A stretch of DNA of 20,417 nucleotides from Paraphysomonas bandaiensis (Eukaryota; Protista; Chrysophyceae). The position numbers and the translations under genes were made by a program. The stretch is from NCBI GenBank assembly GCA_965644295.1, contig CBFFRP010000603.1, positions 1 through 20,417 on the forward strand, read 5' to 3'. The notes under the pieces were generated by a model. The model saw only the letters and a program-made list of their open reading frames with translations. It had not been told where the DNA came from and did no database searches. Positions 9,186 to 16,988 of this stretch are shown piece after piece. How positions within the stretch are numbered: position 1 is the first letter of the stretch; every line of letters starts with the position of its first letter.

Positions 9186-9758
9186 TCATTTACAAATTTG
9201 AATTAGTTTTGCCTTTAGCACAATTCCACACTTGCCACATGATTTCCATGCATACACTTCCAAAATCATTCGAATCTTGGTTGATTTCGGAATGAGTTCA
9301 CACAGTGGGATTTCAGCCGTGATTTTTTCTTTGTCGGTTCCCAACACCCCAATTTTGGTGAAGTCGGGAATCGGTTTGCGATTTTTTTTTACCACGGGCA
9401 CCCGTATTGTGATCGTGTTTGGTTTCAAGTCATGAGATGTTAGTATTGGTTGATAATCCAAATCACTAAAAAGTGCCTCCAAATATTCGTCCAATTCTCT
9501 AAACGCACGATATTCAATCGATTCATAGGTAACCTGCAATTGAAGTTTTCTAAAATCCTTACCGCTGTCATATAAATCCGATGCGGCATAAGCAACTTTG
9601 AGTGGCTGCGTTTGAATGGTAAAGGCATGTTTATCATACTGAAACCCCGTCGTTTGAGCGAATGGAGTGTTCGACCAACGTTTGACAGTCAAAAGGGATG
9701 CATCGAAATTGTTGAGACGAATTGGTTTTGCTAACATGGTTTGGTATTCGGTAATCAT
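9186..9758 (-). CDS. Probable OB-fold ssDNA-binding protein 1 (NCLDV-type)
   Basis: Pattern FDASLL...YDKHAFTIQTQPL...FRELDEYL...YQPIL...TIRVP...LIPKSTKIRMILEV...KCGIVLKAKLIQI resembles large-DNA-virus SSBs. The track start (9890) lies inside the inverted repeat, so the real start is more likely ATG 9758 or 9737. Confidence 0.7.
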   Translation of the reverse strand: MITEYQTMLAKPIRLNNFDASLLTVKRWSNTPFAQTTGFQYDKHAFTIQTQPLKVAYAASDLYDSGKDFRKLQLQVTYESIEYRAFRELDEYLEALFSDLDYQPILTSHDLKPNTITIRVPVVKKNRKPIPDFTKIGVLGTDKEKITAEIPLCELIPKSTKIRMILEVYAWKSCGKCGIVLKAKLIQICK

Positions 9759-9865
9759 ATAAATTGTGATAATTGTGAGAGCAAAGCAACAAATATTGTG
9801 ATGAAAAAGTATGATTGTTGCACAGAATAGAGTTCTAAAATGAATGGTGTAGGTTGAATCCTCGA

Positions 9866-10022
9866 TTCTGATTGGCTGAAAAAAACACACACAGAATTTA
9901 AATGAATTAAAATTTTATGTGTGTTTTTTTAAAAAAAACTTCTACGGCAATCAATTTAGGAGGGTTCGGGCGTCAAAATGATTATATATATATATTCAAT
10001 TCCGACGCCCGAATAAAAAAAC
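9866..10022 (-). repeat. Inverted repeat, right copy (157 bp)
   Basis: Reverse complement of 8070-8226. Internal arms TTCGGGCGTC (9965-9974) / GACGCCCGAA (10004-10013). A second stem has arms AAAAAAACACACA / TGTGTGTTTTTTT. Confidence 0.97.
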
Positions 10023-10173
10023 TAAACTTCAAATCCTCGATTCTGATTCATGTGTTTTTTAAAAAATAAACTGGCACGGAATGTGGTGCGTTAGGGTGGA
10101 AATGAATTATCCTTATTTAGCATATATATATGCACTCTACTACCAACTACAGTAATGTCGCCGCGCTGTGTAA

Positions 10174-10833
10174 TTAATTACACAACGTAATACAACGCAC
10201 CGTAAGAACAATACTACATCCCCAACTCCCTTGGTACGCACAAGAAAAATTGAAAAGAATATTCACTTTGCTACCCACGGGAAATACACTGGGTAAAGAT
10301 TTGACAGATGAAGTAATATCGTTTCCGCGTTTGTCTATTATCAGCACTTCCGATGGGTCAGGTACCCCCCAGGGGCCCGACACCGTGGTTGGGATTTGTA
10401 AGGTGACAAATTTCGTATTGTCTTCTTTTTCTACCCTAAGCAGTGGAATGTAACCCCGCTCTTTAAGATTTTCTTTGCTGCGTTCCTGTGACACTAACTG
10501 GTTATCGATTGCTATTATATTGCTATAATTTGAACACGACAGCTCAACAACATTCACTCTAAAATATTTTCGAGTCAGATTTGTCTGTTTGCCAAAGTTG
10601 GGTGCAATTCGTACGCCATTGAGTTTAAACAACACTTCGCGCTGGCATGTTCTCTTTTTTTCAGTCGGTCCATAGAACATCGTTGACTTCAACGTATATG
10701 CACTAACTCGATCAAACGGATCGAATTGTATATGGGACGGATTAATGCCGCTTAGTCGCATGATCTTTTTTCCCTCCGTGGGGTTACGGTAGCACTTTTT
10801 GGTAGCCGATTTGCGTTGTTTGTCGGTTGTCAT
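10174..10833 (-). CDS. Probable OB-fold ssDNA-binding protein 2 (divergent paralog)
   Basis: Same architecture as SSB1: INPSHIQF...IIAIDNQLV...YIPLL...VTLQIP...VPD...FPVGSKVNILF...WGCSIVLTVRCITL. Confidence 0.6.
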   Translation of the reverse strand: MTTDKQRKSATKKCYRNPTEGKKIMRLSGINPSHIQFDPFDRVSAYTLKSTMFYGPTEKKRTCQREVLFKLNGVRIAPNFGKQTNLTRKYFRVNVVELSCSNYSNIIAIDNQLVSQERSKENLKERGYIPLLRVEKEDNTKFVTLQIPTTVSGPWGVPDPSEVLIIDKRGNDITSSVKSLPSVFPVGSKVNILFNFSCAYQGSWGCSIVLTVRCITLCN

Positions 10834-10956
10834 GGAATTGCTTCAGTGGATTTCTTTTTATATCAGTTTTGCAAATTATATATATAATCATTTTTTTTTA
10901 AAATTGCCTGATTCACACCAAAAAAAATGAAAGTATAATTGGTGCTCGCATGAAAA

Positions 10957-11136
10957 TTTGGTTTGCATCAAAAGAAAAAGTATAATGGATGGCTGAGAAT
11001 AAATGTGTCATTGTACTAAATTATACTTTTGAGACCTGGTGTCCGCGGAAAATTTTGGTTTGCATCAAAAGAAAAAGTATAATGGATGGCTGAGAATAAA
11101 TGTGTCATTGTACTAAATTATACTTTTGAGACCTGG
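10957..11136. repeat. Two identical 83-bp direct repeats (period 97), each with an 11-bp internal inverted repeat
   Basis: 10957-11039 = 11054-11136 (TTTGGTTTGCATC...GAGACCTGG). Arms AAAAGTATAAT / ATTATACTTTT are at 10976-10986 and 11020-11030 in copy 1. Confidence 0.97.
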
Positions 11137-11253
11137 CTGGTGCGGAGAATTACACGTATGATCATACCCCAACCCTAACCCTAATCGAAGAGTTTTTTAC
11201 TTTTGCTATCCCCCTAAAATGAGCTACATGTTTATACAAACTGCATACCCCCG

Positions 11254-11277
11254 CTAAATTAAACCGGTTTAATTTAG
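11254..11277. repeat. Perfect 24-bp palindrome
   Basis: CTAAATTAAACC|GGTTTAATTTAG, 46 bp beyond the stop of the 11324..12328 minus-strand gene. Confidence 0.95.
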
Positions 11278-11323
11278 AGTTGAAGGTGATTTTAGATTAT
11301 AAATTGATTGCTAATGGCCCCAA

Positions 11324-12328
11324 TTAAATCGTTGCTACTTGTTCTACAACGTAATTGTAATAATCAAGTACACCACGTGGTTTAAATTCTGATATAAATT
11401 TTGTGTTGATGTCATTCCATTCTGTGGGTGTCACCACCGCCCCTTTAAAATGAATCTTACGGAGAACATTACCTATGTGGGATATCAGTTCTCGCATCTC
11501 GCCAACTCTGGGGGTAGTGGATTCCCCAATTTTGGATAAATCAATTTTTAGGGCTTTCATGTGTGGGGCAATGTCACTTTTTTTGGTGGGGGCTCTACCC
11601 ATAGAGATAAGTAGTGATAAGTAACGCCCAAGTGCATCCACTTTAGGTGTTGCCTCTGCTTTTGATTCACCCGTCGGTATCTGCAATTCGGCCACAAGGC
11701 GGTCAGATAGAGCAAGTACTTCGTTTCGAGTTGCAACATCATTCAAGCTACGAATCAATTCTTTAATTCGATCCTTTTGGCTCGCAGACATAGTCGTAAG
11801 TGCCTCCACTTTCTCGATACCTTTTCGGACCGACCTATCTGTCGCAACCCCTCGTTCCGCAAGTGTTCGCAACATGTTTGTAATACGGTCTTTAAATTCC
11901 TGTTCCACTCTCGGATTGGCGGCGACATGTGTCACTCCTCTATTTGCCCGGTGGACTGCTTTGAATGAATTGAGGAAATTATCAAACAATTCTAACGTAA
12001 CTAGATCTCTCCGGTAAGTGTTTTCAAAATCATGCTTAAATTTTGGAAACGTCTGATTCACAAATGTTATGTCGTCCGGACTTATACTATCAATGATTCG
12101 AGAAAGAGCCGTGGCGTTCACGATTTGTTTCATATTATCATAAAAAAGTTGACGCATTTTATTTATATTTTTTGCCAATACCCTTGGGGGAATTTCATGA
12201 TCTTCCACTATTCGTGTAAAATTACCATCGTATTTGTTCTCTTGGTCCGTAATCAAGCGATTGTGTTTTGCGCGTAACTGCAGATTCTGGATATGTTGTG
12301 CTCTGTATTTATCACTGTCGAGTGGCAT
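11324..12328 (-). CDS. Hypothetical helical protein (334 aa)
   Basis: Long ORF with an AT-rich leader ((ATT)7 at 12327-12347), divergent from the capsid gene block. No recognisable catalytic motif. Confidence 0.75.
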   Translation of the reverse strand: MPLDSDKYRAQHIQNLQLRAKHNRLITDQENKYDGNFTRIVEDHEIPPRVLAKNINKMRQLFYDNMKQIVNATALSRIIDSISPDDITFVNQTFPKFKHDFENTYRRDLVTLELFDNFLNSFKAVHRANRGVTHVAANPRVEQEFKDRITNMLRTLAERGVATDRSVRKGIEKVEALTTMSASQKDRIKELIRSLNDVATRNEVLALSDRLVAELQIPTGESKAEATPKVDALGRYLSLLISMGRAPTKKSDIAPHMKALKIDLSKIGESTTPRVGEMRELISHIGNVLRKIHFKGAVVTPTEWNDINTKFISEFKPRGVLDYYNYVVEQVATI

Positions 12329-12393
12329 TATTATTATTATTATTATTTAGTAAATAGAATGTAAAAAATACCAATGTCATATTAAATAATACA
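12329..12393. promoter_or_regulatory. Divergent intergenic region (likely bidirectional promoter)
   Basis: Switch point between the minus-strand block (2348-12328) and the plus-strand block (12394-17462). Very AT-rich, with TATTAA at 12380-12385. Confidence 0.5.
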
Positions 12394-12858
12394 ATGAGTT
12401 TTCATAGAATTTCACGGAATTGGAATTCCTTTGGAGATAGACTTAATATCAACGCCGACCAATTGAAGGATAATCGACTATTACTTGCATATAAAGGTCA
12501 TGGTACCCGTATCAAACTTGGAAATTCGCCGCGACCACTTGTCATCTCCGAGAATTTGACAGTTTTGTTGATAAATCTATTGGATACCGGAATTGTCGAT
12601 AGCAGCGCACAGAGTCAGTTGTCGTATGAAGAAAATATTCTGTTGAAAAAAATACTTTTCAAAGCAGGATTGCGTGCACTGTACAAACCACCCCACTGTG
12701 AAAGTCCTGTTGATCGATTCGAATTCTTAAAAGCCGCTTACATTGCTGGAAACGATAGCAAGGAGGTAGTGGCGGAAATGAAATTGCTACTGGACACCCT
12801 TTATACAAAACAATTAATCGACGAAGCGGATTACCGTGATTTGATTAGTATGTTATAA
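12394..12858 (+). CDS. Small Polinton/PLV-type helical protein ('AGN' motif), probably virion-associated
   Basis: C-terminal VDRFEFLKAAYIAGNDSKEVVAEMKLLLDTL..QLI resembles a small protein recurrent in Polintons/PLVs (from memory). Lies directly upstream of the penton gene. Confidence 0.6.
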   Translation: MSFHRISRNWNSFGDRLNINADQLKDNRLLLAYKGHGTRIKLGNSPRPLVISENLTVLLINLLDTGIVDSSAQSQLSYEENILLKKILFKAGLRALYKPPHCESPVDRFEFLKAAYIAGNDSKEVVAEMKLLLDTLYTKQLIDEADYRDLISML

Positions 12859-12885
12859 AATAGCGATCTATTATTAAAAAATATT

Positions 12886-13722
12886 ATGTTGCGCGAATCA
12901 TCCACTGTAGTTTTAAATCAGAGCAATTTGGTCTCATCCAGCACAAATCAAAACGAATTTGTCCACCAATTTCCAACCGCGATTCGTTTTAAAAACGCAA
13001 GTGTCAGTTTGGTGCAACTCAGCATGTACAACAGTTTCTTCAACATTACAAATGCACAAGGTAACAACAGAATATCGTATACTTTCCTTGATGAATCCGC
13101 CGATGTAGTAATACCCGATGGCTACTATAGCATTGATAGTCTCAGTAATTATCTTGCGTTCGAAATGAAAAAAAATCACCACTACCTTCACAATTCGCAA
13201 ACAAACAACGACATTTTTTATGTGGAATTGCGAACCAATGCTGTATACTACAGTGTCGAAATCGTGTTCTATGATATACCGACAAGTGCGATGGCATCAG
13301 CTGAGAATCTGACAAAGCCTGCTTTGGCAACTTGGTCGTTTCCTGTGACAGCTGAACCAATGAATGTCATGATCAATTCAAAAGTCGATGACATCTTGGG
13401 AATTTCACAGGGTACGTATAGCGACTATCAACTATCGACGTACACACCACAAGTCAACCCATTGAGTAGTTTGGTGTTGCACTGCGATTTAGTGAGTCAC
13501 AAGCTATCGTATCCAAGCGATGTACTATATTCATTTCCAGTAAACAACACGTCGTTTGGAACCGATTTTGATCTTCACCCTAATCAATTAATTCGGAGTC
13601 GCGTGGCAGATGGATTATACACAAAATTTAAAATCCGAATCACCGACCAAAACAATGAATCAGTGTATGTGCGCGACACGGATATTGTGATGCTTTTGCT
13701 GTTTGAATACGATACAGAATAA
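12886..13722 (+). CDS. Minor capsid protein (penton, single jelly-roll)
   Basis: VSLVQLSMYNSFFNIT, IPDGYYSIDSL, LVLHCDLV, VLYSFP, IRITDQN motifs characteristic of Polinton/PLV/virophage minor capsid proteins; typical size. Confidence 0.9.
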   Translation: MLRESSTVVLNQSNLVSSSTNQNEFVHQFPTAIRFKNASVSLVQLSMYNSFFNITNAQGNNRISYTFLDESADVVIPDGYYSIDSLSNYLAFEMKKNHHYLHNSQTNNDIFYVELRTNAVYYSVEIVFYDIPTSAMASAENLTKPALATWSFPVTAEPMNVMINSKVDDILGISQGTYSDYQLSTYTPQVNPLSSLVLHCDLVSHKLSYPSDVLYSFPVNNTSFGTDFDLHPNQLIRSRVADGLYTKFKIRITDQNNESVYVRDTDIVMLLLFEYDTE

Positions 13723-13757
13723 AATTATAATACAACCTTATTAATAAAAAAACATCG

Positions 13758-14042
13758 ATGGAATACGAACTTGAAGATTTACTCTATAATGATGTGATGC
13801 ATCGGAGGGGATATATTGACGCTACCGTCGTGTTGTCCTCCATAGCGCAAACACAACCACAGGCGGAAGTAGAAGAAGAATTGGATGGGTTGCCAACACA
13901 CGGCAAAGAAATTGAAGGGGGTGGGATAGTAGCGAGAAACAAACATAAGGAACAGATCAAACAGCGATTGGCGCAAACAAAAATACAGTCGATGACTTCG
14001 GATGCAAAAAACAATAAATTAATTCGATTGACTATTAAATAG
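13758..14042 (+). CDS. Small hypothetical protein (94 aa) with acidic N-half, IEGG site and basic C-half
   Basis: Sits between penton and MCP, preceded by TATTAA. IEGG-G fits the adenoviral protease consensus (M/I/L)XGG-X. Confidence 0.6.
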   Translation: MEYELEDLLYNDVMHRRGYIDATVVLSSIAQTQPQAEVEEELDGLPTHGKEIEGGGIVARNKHKEQIKQRLAQTKIQSMTSDAKNNKLIRLTIK

Positions 14043-14087
14043 TAGATTTTTATTTGCGTAATATTAAAAACATAATAATATATCGAC

Positions 14088-15733
14088 ATGTCAACAACAA
14101 AAAAAGATCGACTCATCACTCGCACTGGAAAACTTGAACAACCGTCACCTCTAGAAGAACTACAGTGGATATATGTCAGCGACTCTAATCAGGGACAGTA
14201 TTCAAATGGCGTGTGCAAAATCAGCACCGAAATTCTATCCAACGGCGGAAAACTTGTTGATTACAGTCAAGCATATCTGTCTGTCCCCTACGTGATTGTT
14301 TTGACCAAGATGAACGCCGCTAATCCGGCCGTGGATGTCAATCTAGCCGCTTTAAATGATTACAAGGTAGCCCTCAAAACACTTCCCGTAAACTCCCTTC
14401 GTGTTGACATGAATAACTCAACACTTGTGGAGAGTACGAATTATACCAATATGTACATGTCCGCGCTGCATTATTTAGGAGCAAATGAGGAGGATGATGC
14501 ATACGAGACGGAACTTTTCATGAAAAAAGACAGTCCTGACTCTTGGATGTTCTCACCCGCGGTTGGATCGAACGGCTTGGGATTATGCAATAATATCAAC
14601 AAGTACGCACACGTTTCAGGTACGGGGAGTTCGGCTGCCACCACACAGACAAACGAGGGTATGCTTTCCAAGCAGGTAGCAATGAGTAACCAGTTTGTAC
14701 AAGGAACTCGCCGCGTAACAGACATGTTCAATGCGGCATCTATTTCAACCACCGAGGTCTGTAAAATTGTCAAGGATGCCAATCGAATAGAATTTCATCT
14801 CCTCGTGAAAATTCCACTACACAAGTTATGCCCATTTTTTGGTGAATTGCATCTGAACAGAGGATCCTTTTTTAAATTGGAACTCGGTCTGTGTGAGAGT
14901 GAATTTACAATTACGTTAAATGCCAATGCTCCTACCATCACATCGTCGCTTATTCATCAAAATGCATCCCCCATTATGCTCTCTTCTTTTGCCATTGACA
15001 ACGGGTGTTACGACATGCGCGATAATGGAACATTAACTGTCAGTGCGTCGGTCGTGAAGCCAACATTTCCGGCACATCGCTCGCTTAATATTGTGCATGA
15101 TCAAACTGACGTGAGGTTACATGTTCCCGTCGTGCGACTTACCCCTTCCGAAGAAGAAAATTGGCTTTCCATAAACAAAACCATTCAATTTTCTTATCCC
15201 ACATTCTCACTTTACGAAACCACCGTTGACGCCCAGGGAAGACTTAATTACCAAATATTAGCGGGTATCATTAATCCACGATCCATTCTTATCACATTCC
15301 TCAGTTAACGGCGGTAGAAAATGCCATGGTACCACCACTTGAAAGTCCATATTTTTCCGCGCCAAATTGTGCATGTCCAAGCCTTTTCAGTGATTTTAAC
15401 GTGAGTGTCGATGGAATCAATCTTTATCAAAACAATCTTTCTTCGTCCGTTGATTTTTACCGTCAAATACAAGGTCTATATGCATCAAATAGCAATAATA
15501 TGACTGATAATATCAAAGGTGGACTAACCTTTCGAGACTTCAATTCCGGTTTATACAAATATTACTTCGTCGATATATCGAGGTCCGCGGATCCAGATTC
15601 ATCACGTCCCCGTAACATACAGATCAAATTTAAAAACGAAGGGTTAAAAGCCTACACATTGTACATATTTATCACATCCATGAATCGAATTGAAATAGAC
15701 GGTTTGACAGGTGCTCGTTTAACTGCAGTTTAA
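14088..15733 (+). pseudogene. Major capsid protein (double jelly-roll), split by a 1-nt frameshift near 15299
   Basis: ORFs 14088..15308 and 15326..15733 are in different frames. Adding one C in TTCCTCAG gives ...NPRSILITFPQLTAVENAMVPPLESPY..., a ~548-aa protein. Motifs WIYVSDSNQGQYS, VDYSQAYLSVP, KIPLHKLCPFF, FNVSVDGINLY and YYFVDISR fit PLV MCPs. Confidence 0.85.
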
Positions 15734-15766
15734 CGTTTTTTATATGCACATTATTAAAAAAAACTA

Positions 15767-16483
15767 ATGCCACAATTGACCCCAACTCAACAAGCCAAAC
15801 TACGCGACGGAAAAGTCGTTCAAATTGATAAGTCCAAATTTACCTCACATGACTTACAAAACCCCGCCATCGCTAATAAACTCAACCGTTCACGCGGGAA
15901 AACGGTACGCATTTCCGCCGAGGACTTCAGTGATTATGTGGGTGGTAAATTCAAACTCGGTAAAACACTAAAGAAAGCAAACAAAATCCGCAAAGTTGTT
16001 GATAAAGCGTCAAAGGGGGTTCTTGGTGAAAGTGTCAGTGACGTACTTATCCGCGAAGGGGTCGATAAAAGTTTGGGAATGTTTGTTCCTGAAAGTGTAT
16101 CCCATCGAGCTTCCGATATATTGATTGACGCGAAGGACAAACATGGGGGTAAGATCAATTTGGGAAAAGCAATCAAAAAAGGAAAACAAGCAGCGGCACT
16201 TGCCAACAAAGCATCCAAAGTGGTGGTGGGCGAGTCACTCACAGATATGGCGGTCAATCGTCTCGAGGAAGAAGCGGTCAATCGCGGTGTGAATGCAAAG
16301 GTAGCCAAGCGCGTCAGCAAAGTTGGTAAAAAAGCGGCCTCAAATTATGTCGGTGGTTCGGTCACAGGGGACGCGTATGTGTACTCATATCAAGGGTTAA
16401 TGGGACCCGCACACCCCGCAATGGATCCGTATAACAGAGGTAGTGGAAAAGGAAAACGCGGTGGTTCGTTTTTACTATCCTAA
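15767..16483 (+). CDS. Basic core-like virion protein with GG processing sites and a duplicated amphipathic segment
   Basis: Lys-rich. GG sites YVGG-K, KHGG-K, YVGG-S and KRGG-S. Internal repeat GGKFKLGKTLKK..DKASKGVLGESVSD / GGKINLGKAIKK..NKASKVVVGESLTD. Located between MCP and protease. Confidence 0.6.
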   Translation: MPQLTPTQQAKLRDGKVVQIDKSKFTSHDLQNPAIANKLNRSRGKTVRISAEDFSDYVGGKFKLGKTLKKANKIRKVVDKASKGVLGESVSDVLIREGVDKSLGMFVPESVSHRASDILIDAKDKHGGKINLGKAIKKGKQAAALANKASKVVVGESLTDMAVNRLEEEAVNRGVNAKVAKRVSKVGKKAASNYVGGSVTGDAYVYSYQGLMGPAHPAMDPYNRGSGKGKRGGSFLLS

Positions 16484-16494
16484 TACATAAACGA

Positions 16495-16968
16495 ATGGAA
16501 CTAGGAATTACAACATCCTCACAGTTGACTCGATTGGGAAAACAAATGGGGTTTCGAATATATGTGGTTGGTAAACACCAATTAGCCCATCGAACTCCCA
16601 TTCAAAATGAAATGATTATTGTCAACATCGATGACGGCTCTAAAGGTACACATTGGGTCGCCATATTTTCACGGGGTAAACGTTATTTATATTTCGATTC
16701 ATTTGCCCTCGCGCCACCAACAAATATCGCGGCGTATATTAAACGTGTGAATGGAAACAAAAAAATACCCTACAACAATTCCAAACTACAGGATCCTCGT
16801 GCAGAATCGTGTGGTTATTGGTGTGTGCTCTGGTTGGACTATATGAGAAAGCGATCCATTCTAACAAAATGGTCACTTACCCGAATTCACAACGTATTCA
16901 CTTCACTATTCAATAATACGGAACAAAACGAAATCATATTGCACAAACTATACTCTGGCTTTTTTTAG
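16495..16968 (+). CDS. Adenovirus-like (adenain/Ulp1 clan CE) cysteine maturation protease
   Basis: IVNID..GTHWVA (His), YFDSFALAPP (Asp), LQDPRAESCGYWC (oxyanion Gln, catalytic Cys). Confidence 0.93.
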   Translation: MELGITTSSQLTRLGKQMGFRIYVVGKHQLAHRTPIQNEMIIVNIDDGSKGTHWVAIFSRGKRYLYFDSFALAPPTNIAAYIKRVNGNKKIPYNNSKLQDPRAESCGYWCVLWLDYMRKRSILTKWSLTRIHNVFTSLFNNTEQNEIILHKLYSGFF

Positions 16969-16988
16969 TGCTCTACTAGTAAAAGTAG

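Noticed and set aside
8070-10022. The IRs as terminal inverted repeats of the whole virus or of a DDE transposon
   Set aside because: Viral genes continue on both sides, no TSD is visible, and the enclosed enzyme is a YR rather than a DDE transposase.
10957-11136. Possible CRISPR-like array
   Set aside because: Only two 83-bp units with a 14-bp gap, no cas genes, and a eukaryotic viral context.
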